DNA of 64,000 bases from Paraphysomonas bandaiensis (taxonomy: Eukaryota; Protista; Chrysophyceae), in contig CBFFRP010000376.1 of assembly GCA_965644295.1 (NCBI GenBank), positions 1-64,000 of the forward strand, given 5' to 3'. The notes beneath the pieces were generated by a model, which was given only the letters and a program-made list of their open reading frames with translations, made no database searches and was not told the origin of the DNA. A program made the position numbers and the translations under genes. Positions 1-10,461 of the stretch are shown here, in pieces (position 1 is the stretch's first letter; each line of letters starts with the position of its first letter).

Positions 1-272
1 ATAAAACTACAACAACACCTACACTGAACCAACAAGCACAGTAATAACGGTATTATTATTAAAACACTTTTTTCCAAGTTTAGACCTAAACTCAGTTAGT
101 GACTCCCGCGAAGAGTCACCGCGCAATGGTATACCGCTGGCACCCAAGATCACTAGCACCAAGCTTTGGTCTAACTTAAAACAAGTGATAAACACCATAG
201 AAGCATATATGCACACACACACACTCCTAACATGGTGCAACACACGTGGTATCATCACACCACCACAGGTTG

Positions 273-961
273 TGTAACTCTTCAATCAAAACTGAAAAAT
301 ACACAGCAACCTGATAGGGAATGGCTCACCACCATATGCCGAGAGTACACCGTATACTACGTATCTATACCCTACCAGAGACTGAAAACCCCATAATCCA
401 GGAAATACATAAATACGGTACATATAGTACGTATAGTACGCATACCACATTGCAATCCAACCCCAATAAGCCTTGCATGAACACTCGTGCACCTCAAGTG
501 TATAATAGCGACTTCTCTCCTGTGATGGTCACATGTACTTGCCCCCCTATAGGGTAGTACGGGTAATACATGTATGTATGTATATGGAAGTATATACTGC
601 AACTGCTACACAGGAATACGGGCCCACATAACTTTGATATAAATTTGCAGCAGGTTTCACATCGACCGAAGTCACCAGCAGCAGATCATAGTCGTACATC
701 ATCAGCAGCAGATAAAAATTGGACATCATACCCGAACGTTGGCTCAATATGTAGGTACACTGTGGTACATTACCAATGTCCAAATGGTGTTGCATAATAT
801 GTATCCTGAACACAATGAAGGTCCTAAAGCAATATATAGGGTCCTGATACAGGGTCTTAAACCAATATAGGGTCCTAAAAGTCAATGTAACCATGCATGT
901 GACTCAATAGCGTGATACTATAGCCACGTAGATAGGGCATGGGAAATGCCACGTGGTCACA
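273..961 (-). repeat. Gypsy 3' LTR (about 689 bp; left boundary inferred)
   Basis: Ends GTCACA at 961 beside the PPT. TGTAAC at 273 forms an imperfect terminal inverted repeat with it. Identical to 7606..8294. Confidence 0.75.
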
Positions 962-964
962 CTG

Positions 965-980
965 CCTCCTCCCCCGTTTT
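965..980 (-). promoter_or_regulatory. Polypurine tract of the Gypsy element
   Basis: AAAACGGGGGAGGAGG on the minus strand, 3 nt before the TG of the 3' LTR. Confidence 0.85.
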
Positions 981-1146
981 GGTTGTCGACAGAATAGCAT
1001 GCCTCCGGTATTCACAAATGCCAACGGGACTAGGTGTTACGTAGCCGTCAAAACGAAAATCCCCGGAGAATTATAAGTTATATAATAATAATTTGATATG
1101 GAATGGAATTGAGAGAGCAATAAGAATAATGTGTCCAGCGTGGAAC

Positions 1147-4100
1147 TTAATAAGACGCACGGACCTGAGGATATTTGTTGGCAAAATCCTCGTCCACGAG
1201 TACCATTGTGCTAGCATTCACCTCGGAATGAACAAAGCAATGCACTAGGTAATTATCATAACGGTAGGTGCGGAGAGTGAGAAGATCCTTCACCGATAAA
1301 ACTCGCTTCGAGCTCTTGTGATACCAGTGTGTGAACTGGATAGGAGCTACATAAGTAATGAGATGAGAATCTGGTAATTCCAACTCATCGTACCAAGCAT
1401 CACCATAAATTCGCAAATCAACATAGGCTAGATCACCAGGTTGAAACTGAGTGATCGGTTGCCGGCGGAAATCCGCGATGTATTTCTTTGCATAGTCAGC
1501 AGTATAAATCAGATGGTAAAGATATCGTTTTCGAGAACAGAATTCAGCATAAGGAACGGAATCAAAAATATCCTTGCTGTAAGGGACTTCTCGGACATCT
1601 CCATCTTGAAAACGCACAGTGAAAACCATGGTAGATCGAACCTCTCTATCACCACGATAATAAAGGATTTCATCTATAACATGTTGATCCTGATCGCGTA
1701 AAGCCATTTTATAAGCAGTATCAGAATCTCCCGGAAACAATTTAACATCGCTCACGGAAACACGAACCACTTGCCCAGTGGCGAGATGTTGACAGTCTAC
1801 GTCATTCTTGTACTGGGACTTGACTGAGAAAGGTCCCATATACCGGTGAGACATTTTAGGATGAACCTTTGCCCCTTTATCGAATAAGACAAAATCTCCC
1901 GGTTGATACCTATTCTGTCTATCGGGATGCACACCTGTTCCTGCCCTCTCCGTGGCTAACTTTTGCTGATAAGCTTTGGAAGCCTCTCGGAGTTGGGCTA
2001 ACTGATCATTAAGCGCAGTGAGTCTAGCATGCGCCCTATCTGGGAGATCTTTGAGATCCATGTTCAAATAGTCAAGATCCTTTGAGCCAAACGTCAACTC
2101 AAAAGGCGAAAATCCTGTTTCCGAAGACACTTCAGAGTTTAGAAGATATTGAACACTTGCTAACCAACTAGGGTCCTCAAAGATGTCTTTTCGTTCCTCC
2201 CGTTCACTGTAATCATAGACCAGAGCACGTAAATGTCGAACTACTTCTCCAATAATTCTTTCACATCCATTTGCATGGCGATTGGCAATACTAAAAGTGT
2301 GCCGAACACCCATGTACTCCGTCAACTGTTTGAACAAATCTGAAGTCAAATCCGGTCCTTGATCCGAGATTATTAGATCGGTGTGACCGTAATGACTCCA
2401 GTATTTCCATATAGTATTTGCAAGATTAAGAGCCGTCACACCTTTGACAGGTTCAAGGTACACAAACTTAGTGAAAAGATTGACCACCACGTTGATATGT
2501 GTATATCCCTCTGCACCGTGAGGTGTGATCTCAACAGCATCTATACCAATCGCGCTACGAGCATTTGGGGGCTTGAGATTGCGTACGATCGGAATAAGAG
2601 CCTCCTTCATAGCCAACCTCGTTTTCACACAATTTGGGCACTTAGAGATGTAATCCTCAACAACCTTGTAAGGAATATTATGACCCGGGAACTCTTTGTT
2701 TAAGCGTATCCAGGTAGCCCTTCCCCCCATGTGTCCAACTCTCGCGTTATGAACCTCACGCAACGCCGTCTCCGGTGATACATGAGATGTTGGAGGGTCC
2801 CCAATCTCTCGATCATCCGGGTTCATAAAGTTACCCAGAAAGTTAAAGTACTCATACTCATTACAGTCATCCCCCATGAAATAGGCGTCATCATATTCCT
2901 CCTCTGGGAATATTCCAGAGAGTATAGCAACCTGATGCTCTCTAGATAACCAGTCCGCCAACCAATTCTTGGCACCAGATATATGACGAATGCTGAAGTT
3001 GAAAGACTGCAAGAATATCCTCCATCGTGTAATCTTTGGAACATCCGAAGATTCCATCCACAATAAATTGTTATGGTCGGTCTCAATTGTGAATTGCTTG
3101 CCTATTAAGTAATAAGCCAAGTGTTTAACACTGTAGAAAATTCCATATGCCTCTTGCTCTATAGTTGACCACTTCTGAGCTTGGGCAGAAAACTTTTTGG
3201 AAATGAAAGCTATAGGCTGCCACTGTATGCTCCCATCCTCTAATATTTTCTTTTGCAATAACACTGAACCTATTCCCAACTCACTAGCGTCAGTACGCAA
3301 TGTCCACTCAAGATTATAATCAGGATAAAACAGCTCACAAGCGTCTTGTAGTCCGGCGATGAAACGACGATACTCTGCTTCGTAGTCATGCCGCCATGTG
3401 GACTTATCCCAATTGAAACTCGACTTTGTCATGTCAGTCAAGTGAGCAACTAAGTCAGAGTATCTAGGCGTAAAACTAGAAAAGAATACCCCTTTACCCA
3501 GCAACGATCTGGCCTGTTTGGTGTTAGTAGGCATTGGAATCTTGCCGAGAGCCTCCTTCTTATCGGGATTAACCTCATATGACTTGTGACGGCAAACATA
3601 TCCAAAGAAATCCACTTTTCTAAACCCCAACCAGCTTTTTGGCATTTTAAGTTTCACATTCCTTTCAATACATCTGTCAATAATCTTTTCGAACTTCTCA
3701 TAAGCATCCTTGGCATCATTAGCCAATATAAGCATGTTATCGAAAATGACTATGGCCCACTCAGAGAAATCATCGAATATTTCTCTCACAGTTTCCTGTA
3801 AAACTCCCGTGGCCGGAGCAATACCCTCTGGCATGAAATTAGGAGCAAATTGCCCCCAAGGCGTCTGAATTGATAGGCGCTCAGAAGTTTCATCATCTAA
3901 TGGAATTTGATGAAAAGCATTTGTTAAATCGATGTCCATATATAGCGGAAAGTTGATAATCTTGTCCAACTCATGCTTAACATTAGGAATCGTATAATTT
4001 CCCACTTCCATGTGCTTGTTAATTTGCACATAGTCACCACAAAAACGGATGTATGGAGGAGTGGCTTTGGGAGCAACCACTAGGCATGAAGCCCAAGGAG

Positions 4101-5130
4101 AACGACTCTTTCGGTAGAAATAGCCACACAGTCGCCGAAACTCCTTCTCCGAAGCCTCCCACAGCTTAGGATTGATCGGGCGAGCCTTTGGTTTCATTCG
4201 ATCCGGGAGAGTGCTTTTCCATTTTAGAGACAAAGGGTCCACACCTCTCACACCGCTCCATTCGTCAGGCACGAACACTTTTTCAGCCTTCGTTGACAAC
4301 AATTCCATAATCTTAGTTTCACTTTTCATTTCATCACTGACATGAGTCTCTATCTGCTCATGATAGTCTTGGAGGGCTTCCTCCCTAGACTTTCCTAAGA
4401 ATGTCAACGCATCCTTGAATTGAACCGGTAACTCGGTTTCCTCATCCTCTGGGGCAATAGCATCACTCGCTCTTGACCATGGGTGCACACGGTCATCAGA
4501 GTCAACCGTGTCCCCTGCCAGAGATGACAACACATTCGAATTTTCATTATCGGAGACACCCTCGATTTGAGTGTCATGTGCCTCACGCATAACAGCACAC
4601 ATGAAAGGATATAATTTTCCAGTCAGCGCAGGCAACCCCAAAATAATATCATTACTCGTCATATCAATCACAAAGAATTCACCCGTATATTGATAGGTAT
4701 GACTCTTCGGATCAGTCAGCACTAAATTTAATCTGACTCCTTCATTGAGATCCTTCACCGTTCTACTATCCGCCAATAACACACGGTGTTTAGCTTTATA
4801 AAAACGGCTCGGTTCTAGTTTGTTCCGCAATCTGTCCACCAAATCCCTCGACACATAATTGGCTGAGAGGGCTCCAGTGTCACACAATATTTTTACTAAC
4901 TCCTCTATTCCAAATTTTCTATCTAAAGTAATCCTCCCTATAGTGTGCGCTGAAGAGAAGCTCTTGGATGAAGGATAGCAGGCATACAGCTTAGCCTGAT
5001 CCCCGATACAGACGTTGGAGGAATTCGCAAACTCATTAAGATCATTAGAATGCACTGAACATTCATCATTCTCATCCCGAGTCTTTGAATTGGTATCCTC
5101 CTTGTCTGTATCGTCACATCCACCGAACCA
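1147..5130 (-). CDS. pol: Gypsy Pol: aspartic protease, RT, RNase H, integrase, chromo-like domain, C-terminal extension
   Basis: LCDTGA (PR); RFCGDY, DIDLTNAFHQI, MPEGI, IFDN (RT); TDASELGIG, ETDHNNL (RH); H-H/C-C, IDAVE, SDQG, CER (IN); YMGPF; VIDEILYYRG (chromo-like). The frame is open up to the gag stop. Confidence 0.93.
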   Translation of the reverse strand, partial: WFGGCDDTDKEDTNSKTRDENDECSVHSNDLNEFANSSNVCIGDQAKLYACYPSSKSFSSAHTIGRITLDRKFGIEELVKILCDTGALSANYVSRDLVDRLRNKLEPSRFYKAKHRVLLADSRTVKDLNEGVRLNLVLTDPKSHTYQYTGEFFVIDMTSNDIILGLPALTGKLYPFMCAVMREAHDTQIEGVSDNENSNVLSSLAGDTVDSDDRVHPWSRASDAIAPEDEETELPVQFKDALTFLGKSREEALQDYHEQIETHVSDEMKSETKIMELLSTKAEKVFVPDEWSGVRGVDPLSLKWKSTLPDRMKPKARPINPKLWEASEKEFRRLCGYFYRKSRSPWASCLVVAPKATPPYIRFCGDYVQINKHMEVGNYTIPNVKHELDKIINFPLYMDIDLTNAFHQIPLDDETSERLSIQTPWGQFAPNFMPEGIAPATGVLQETVREIFDDFSEWAIVIFDNMLILANDAKDAYEKFEKIIDRCIERNVKLKMPKSWLGFRKVDFFGYVCRHKSYEVNPDKKEALGKIPMPTNTKQARSLLGKGVFFSSFTPRYSDLVAHLTDMTKSSFNWDKSTWRHDYEAEYRRFIAGLQDACELFYPDYNLEWTLRTDASELGIGSVLLQKKILEDGSIQWQPIAFISKKFSAQAQKWSTIEQEAYGIFYSVKHLAYYLIGKQFTIETDHNNLLWMESSDVPKITRWRIFLQSFNFSIRHISGAKNWLADWLSREHQVAILSGIFPEEEYDDAYFMGDDCNEYEYFNFLGNFMNPDDREIGDPPTSHVSPETALREVHNARVGHMGGRATWIRLNKEFPGHNIPYKVVEDYISKCPNCVKTRLAMKEALIPIVRNLKPPNARSAIGIDAVEITPHGAEGYTHINVVVNLFTKFVYLEPVKGVTALNLANTIWKYWSHYGHTDLIISDQGPDLTSDLFKQLTEYMGVRHTFSIANRHANGCERIIGEVVRHLRALVYDYSEREERKDIFEDPSWLASVQYLLNSEVSSETGFSPFELTFGSKDLDYLNMDLKDLPDRAHARLTALNDQLAQLREASKAYQQKLATERAGTGVHPDRQNRYQPGDFVLFDKGAKVHPKMSHRYMGPFSVKSQYKNDVDCQHLATGQVVRVSVSDVKLFPGDSDTAYKMALRDQDQHVIDEILYYRGDREVRSTMVFTVRFQDGDVREVPYSKDIFDSVPYAEFCSRKRYLYHLIYTADYAKKYIADFRRQPITQFQPGDLAYVDLRIYGDAWYDELELPDSHLITYVAPIQFTHWYHKSSKRVLSVKDLLTLRTYRYDNYLVHCFVHSEVNASTMVLVDEDFANKYPQVRASY

Positions 5131-6939
5131 TCAAGGGCGGGAATCACCGAAGTGATCCCTCCTCAAGATGGTCGGTTGTTTGTCCCTCTGCTCCGAGCTT
5201 CCCGCAGACTTAAGATACGCATCGATCTTGTCCCGCATTTCGGACGCAGAATCCAACAGACATTTCGCATTATGATTATATGGACAGTCTGTTTTGTCGC
5301 ACTTGCCATACATGATTTTCCTAAGACACCCATACTTATCGGTCTTACTATTCTGAGCACCAGTTGGTCTACTATGCATGGCTGACAGAGACCTATCAGA
5401 GTTAACACGACGCTCCCCATCAAGTGCTGCGTCATTACCCGACATTGGTTTCACATCTGTCATCATAGCGACTTGTTTATCGTCATGTACCTCCAGATTA
5501 CTGGACCGCCAAGTCTCACTCGGAGCATCCCACAAATCATCATCATTTGGTACATAGCTATCATTATCATCCCACTCATCGTCATAGTTTCCTCCAGACT
5601 CATCGTAAGTATCTAGATGTGACACTTGCGAAACCCTTGGTTTAGAATCCACACGACTGTTCAACGAAGGTTTGTTGGACTGTTGAGAGAATAGTTCCTT
5701 TCTCCTCTTAAGATAGTCCTCGTGCTTCTGTTGAAACATCGTAGTCGACTCCATAGGTAACTGTCGGTACGCGATGGTTACTTGATAATGATCCAAGAGT
5801 ACAGCCGAATACTCTTTGAAAAATTCGCTCATAGAGTCAAATTTATTAGTCGACATGCACCCCAACACATACTTAACATAGGTCCCGTCATTCAAAGTCT
5901 TAAAGAGTCTTATCAATCCGTACTCTTTGTCATCGATACGAGGACACCATGTTTTGTTTGAGACCAACATGATAGACAACATCGTTTGGAACGACTGCAT
6001 CAAGTTCAATTGCTGATGATAGAATGCCTCAAAAGTCACAGCATTTACATACTTCCAGTCCATGATCTGGATATGTTTCAAGGAATCTCTGAGTTCATTA
6101 TAAAATGCCACGCAATTGAACACCTTGGTCTCCTGAGCCACAATGAGAAGCAAATCCGAAACATCCATTTGTGCTAGCTGCGCATGTGTGATGCTGTACA
6201 CATTCCGCAGATGTGCCTTCAAACTGGTTGAAAGTACCTTTTGAATTCGCACCTCAGTTTCTTCTTGCTCTTGAAACTCTAAGATGTCTTTGATCGCCTT
6301 CGCCACTTTACCCAACTTAAAGTCATTGATGCGAACATGACACCTCCTTTCCTCTCTAGTTATGGTAACTGTTTTGGCACTAGCCACCTCAGAACTTCTC
6401 TTCAAATCCCTGAATAACTTGCCCGCTTTCTTGCCCTTAAAGATGTTATCCATGAGGGTAGGCACATCATTAACACCATCACCATCAACATCGGGATTCG
6501 AACCATCGTCCTCCTTGTTGCTATCTTCCTCCTGAGGAATAATGCGAAACTTAGCCATGTTTTCCAGAGTGGAATACCTCGGCTGACGTTTGTGTTTCGA
6601 CGTGCGCTTGGTAACCTTTTGCCGCTGATGTGAGCCCACAGAAGCCTGAGACTGACTGCTCTCACCATCCTCAACATTTTGTACTCTATTCTCCAATATT
6701 TGCATCCTGCTGCTGAGGTTAGACACTGCAGTAGCCACCTCTGTAAAAGACTGAGACATGGCACGAACTGTATCCAAAATCTCCTGGTTTGGATTGATGT
6801 TTGGAGCAGAAGACTCCTGAACAACATCCTGCACACCTCCAGCAGCGTCTTGTTTGGTTTCACCACTACCAGCGGCTTCCTGATCTTTCCCAGGAGTTTT
6901 CTTGCCGCCTCTCCTCGTTTTACCAGTCGGAGTAGACAT
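5131..6939 (-). CDS. gag: Gypsy Gag-like protein with a C-terminal CCCH finger
   Basis: Long ORF upstream of pol and in the same frame. First ATG at 6939 (MSTPTGK). N-terminal coiled coil; CLRKIMYGKCDKTDCPYNH near the C-terminus. Confidence 0.85.
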   Translation of the reverse strand: MSTPTGKTRRGGKKTPGKDQEAAGSGETKQDAAGGVQDVVQESSAPNINPNQEILDTVRAMSQSFTEVATAVSNLSSRMQILENRVQNVEDGESSQSQASVGSHQRQKVTKRTSKHKRQPRYSTLENMAKFRIIPQEEDSNKEDDGSNPDVDGDGVNDVPTLMDNIFKGKKAGKLFRDLKRSSEVASAKTVTITREERRCHVRINDFKLGKVAKAIKDILEFQEQEETEVRIQKVLSTSLKAHLRNVYSITHAQLAQMDVSDLLLIVAQETKVFNCVAFYNELRDSLKHIQIMDWKYVNAVTFEAFYHQQLNLMQSFQTMLSIMLVSNKTWCPRIDDKEYGLIRLFKTLNDGTYVKYVLGCMSTNKFDSMSEFFKEYSAVLLDHYQVTIAYRQLPMESTTMFQQKHEDYLKRRKELFSQQSNKPSLNSRVDSKPRVSQVSHLDTYDESGGNYDDEWDDNDSYVPNDDDLWDAPSETWRSSNLEVHDDKQVAMMTDVKPMSGNDAALDGERRVNSDRSLSAMHSRPTGAQNSKTDKYGCLRKIMYGKCDKTDCPYNHNAKCLLDSASEMRDKIDAYLKSAGSSEQRDKQPTILRRDHFGDSRP

Positions 6940-7605
6940 GGTTAATGAGAAGGACTTCCGCCTCAAAGACTATATCCACCAAACTTTTCCCTAACACACT
7001 GAGACAAGCAACCCTGGCAACTCCTAGAACCACTGACCCAGAACTCAACAACACACCAAGACACCACAAGACAAATCCCAAAGACAACCCTGCGTAAGAA
7101 TCCAAAAACTCAACACTCAAAACTCAACACTCAAACCCGTTGAACCCGTCGGATTTGTACAAGTGACAACAGTTAACACACAGGCGGTATCCACGGTCGA
7201 TTGACTTCGAAAAGAACCGAATTTCCTCAGTCACCACACTGTGTATCAAACAATCACCACTGAACAAAGAGCCTAGAGAACAACTACTGACAACTCACAC
7301 CCAGAGAGCAACCAGGGTGTTGGCTCGTAAACAATAAAACTACAACAACACCTACACTGAACCAACAAGCACAGTAATAACGGTATTATTATTAAAACAC
7401 TTTTTTCCAAGTTTAGACCTAAACTCAGTTAGTGACTCCCGCGAAGAGTCACCGCGCAATGGTATACCGCTGGCACCCAAGATCACTAGCACCAAGCTTT
7501 GGTCTAACTTAAAACAAGTGATAAACACCATAGAAGCATATATGCACACACACACACTCCTAACATGGTGCAACACACGTGGTATCATCACACCACCACA
7601 GGTTG

Positions 7606-8294
7606 TGTAACTCTTCAATCAAAACTGAAAAATACACAGCAACCTGATAGGGAATGGCTCACCACCATATGCCGAGAGTACACCGTATACTACGTATCTA
7701 TACCCTACCAGAGACTGAAAACCCCATAATCCAGGAAATACATAAATACGGTACATATAGTACGTATAGTACGCATACCACATTGCAATCCAACCCCAAT
7801 AAGCCTTGCATGAACACTCGTGCACCTCAAGTGTATAATAGCGACTTCTCTCCTGTGATGGTCACATGTACTTGCCCCCCTATAGGGTAGTACGGGTAAT
7901 ACATGTATGTATGTATATGGAAGTATATACTGCAACTGCTACACAGGAATACGGGCCCACATAACTTTGATATAAATTTGCAGCAGGTTTCACATCGACC
8001 GAAGTCACCAGCAGCAGATCATAGTCGTACATCATCAGCAGCAGATAAAAATTGGACATCATACCCGAACGTTGGCTCAATATGTAGGTACACTGTGGTA
8101 CATTACCAATGTCCAAATGGTGTTGCATAATATGTATCCTGAACACAATGAAGGTCCTAAAGCAATATATAGGGTCCTGATACAGGGTCTTAAACCAATA
8201 TAGGGTCCTAAAAGTCAATGTAACCATGCATGTGACTCAATAGCGTGATACTATAGCCACGTAGATAGGGCATGGGAAATGCCACGTGGTCACA
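7606..8294 (-). repeat. Gypsy 5' LTR
   Basis: Identical copy of 273..961. Similarity stops exactly after GTCACA at 8294. Confidence 0.75.
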
Positions 8295-8404
8295 TTGGTG
8301 GCTGGCGTGTAAACAATATTAATTGATCTATCTATAGTCTAACGACAAATTCTCTCTGAGATCTAGTTATAAGAATGAGTAATTTCCAACATATGTTACG
8401 AGTG

Positions 8405-8488
8405 GACTCACGTTAGTTTCCCGAAGAAATATCTCCGGTACTTATTCCCCAGAACACCACGAAAAGGTGCGAGTCCGACTTTGTTGAG
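8405..8488 (+). repeat. Dispersed repeat family R1, short right-end fragment
   Basis: GACTCACGTTAGTTTCCC...CACCACGAAAAGGTGCGAGTCCGACTTTGTTGAG, shared with the 18513, 49095 and 56526 copies. Confidence 0.8.
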
Positions 8489-8964
8489 GATTTATCTATT
8501 ATTACTATGGAGGGAGAACCTGAAATAGAGGTTCACGACTCTAGTTTTTTTCATATAGCTCCGAGAAGGATCAGAGCAAGAACAACAGTCGATATCGAGT
8601 GCTGATGAGCAGTGCGTCAGAGATATTGGACTCGTTATTGTATTAGATGATGCTGACACCAATAGGAGGGTGTTACAAAATCGGAAGTGAATTGAAAATG
8701 GTAAGCTGTTATTGTATTGGTGGATACGTGGATACTATCTACATGACCCTAACCCTAACCCGAGTAAGTGGACAAATCCCATCCACAGAAATGATAATGG
8801 GATCGTACTTCGCAAAATTTTCGACTGAACGATACGAATTCAAAATTTTCGATTACTACAAAAATTCTTGGCAATGCGTCACTCTGACAAACCAGTTGTG
8901 ATTATAGAACAATTAATACTGACGAACTACGCATTTTATTGCAGCGTAGTTTTTTGGGCTTTCT

Positions 8965-10461
8965 TCAAGACCCTTTTAACTGATTAACAAGTTGTTGCAG
9001 ACTCTGACCATTGTCATATAGGTAAGCTACCAGGAGTGCTACTACCACAACAACTACAGCAGAAAAAAAGGCTACAACATTAACGTCTGTCCCCTCAGTA
9101 GAGTTGAAGTCGAAGTCCATAATCGCCTGCAGACTCCTGTTCTCCCCATCCTCCTCGTTGTCACTTGCCCCTTTTTCAGAGGATACCCCGGCAATACTCT
9201 TAAATACAATAGGTATATCCGTACTCAAAAGTTCTTTGAGACTATTCAAAACTTCACGCTCACACTTCGGGAACTTCGAAAAATTGTGACTCTGTAGCTC
9301 TGCCCTGAATTCTGCCACCGGAGGAAAATCACCCTCCGGGAGGTTGTACACATGCCGTACTTCCCTGTACACGTCTTCCAAATTTTGAAGCAGCTTCTTC
9401 TGAGTAGCTTCAAATCCCCATAAGTATGGCATTTTGCTTCTGAGGTGTCCCATTATACAAACATGCACGATGTTGAGTCGTATTCGCTTGACCATCTCAT
9501 TTACCTTGCGCATACCACACATCCTAGGGAGCTCAGCGAGGTGGGCCATAAGGGCTGCTCGATCCTTCTCAAACAGAGCCTCGAACTCTTTCCGTTGAAG
9601 TTTCTCCTCCCGGAAAGACCCACAATATACTCGAGGAACCTCTGCACCTCGGAATATTTTCCCCATGGACCACAGCAAGGCACCGTACACTTTCATCAGG
9701 GACTCAGGGTCAAGTTGATCGGCCTTATTCATTACACAGTGAACTTTATCGTCGTGATTTTTAAGATTCTCAATCACTCCTTTGAACTCATCCGATATAT
9801 CGAGCTTATATGAGTCAAATAGCAGTAGTATTAAGTCGCTTCTCTCCGCAAACCAGCGGCTGACTTGAGCAAAATCATACCTACAAAAAGGGATAAGCAA
9901 GTGAGATAAAAGACATTAATTGAAATGTAGCTACCCCCTAGACAGTCTTTGTTTCTCGCCAGAGAGAACTCCGGGAGTGTCGATGATGGTAATATCTCTG
10001 TAAGCAATCAATTACACTGCAGGTTAAATATTGAGCCCTTACTTTAGGACAGGTGAAGTCGTGACAGCAGCTTCGAATTTATTGAGAAATCCACCACCAA
10101 AAACAGATAGTCCAGCATAAGGAAGATCGTCAACCGCTGTAAGAGAGTTTCCTTTGATAACTTTTGTTTCATCCCCATGAACAACTGCAATGAATCTATC
10201 AGTAGTCGGCTCTGGGCCAATGTGCATGCCCGGATAGTCCGAGCCGAGTAAGTTCTTAATAAAGCTGGTCTTTCCAGTGCTGTATTGACCAAGAAGAAGA
10301 ACTTGAGGTTTAGCACTCAATTCGCTTGGCAATATTTCCGGTGCATGAAACTTATGGAACATATACTTCTTCTCGATAGGCAGCAGTTTCGTCTCATAGA
10401 GTGTGGTCAGCTCCTGCACCACTACTCCTTCCATCTTCTTCTTCTTCTGACTAAGAGGCAT
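8965..10461 (-). CDS. EHD/RME-1-like dynamin-family ATPase, 3 exons, C-terminal hydrophobic helix and no EH domain
   Basis: GQYSTGKT P-loop, HIGPEPTTDRF, IIDTPGVLSGEKQR, NKAD, YGALLWSMGK. GT-AG introns at 9998..10042 and 9881..9934 join the three exons in frame. Confidence 0.92.

Larger units (their letters stand above)
273..8294 (-). mobile_element. Ty3/Gypsy (chromovirus-like) LTR retrotransposon, apparently intact and young
   Basis: 1..961 is directly repeated at 7334..8294 (offset 7333, identical ORFs in the track). Contains gag and pol with PR-RT-RH-IN-chromo order, a PPT next to the 3' LTR, and LTR termini TGTGAC...GTTACA on the minus strand. Confidence 0.95.

Noticed and set aside
19-894. 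Small ORFs duplicated at 7352..8227
   Set aside because: They are chance ORFs inside the LTR and leader duplication.
5131-5133. Alternative genetic code (UGA as sense)
   Set aside because: Host genes in the window end normally in TGA and use TGG for conserved Trp.
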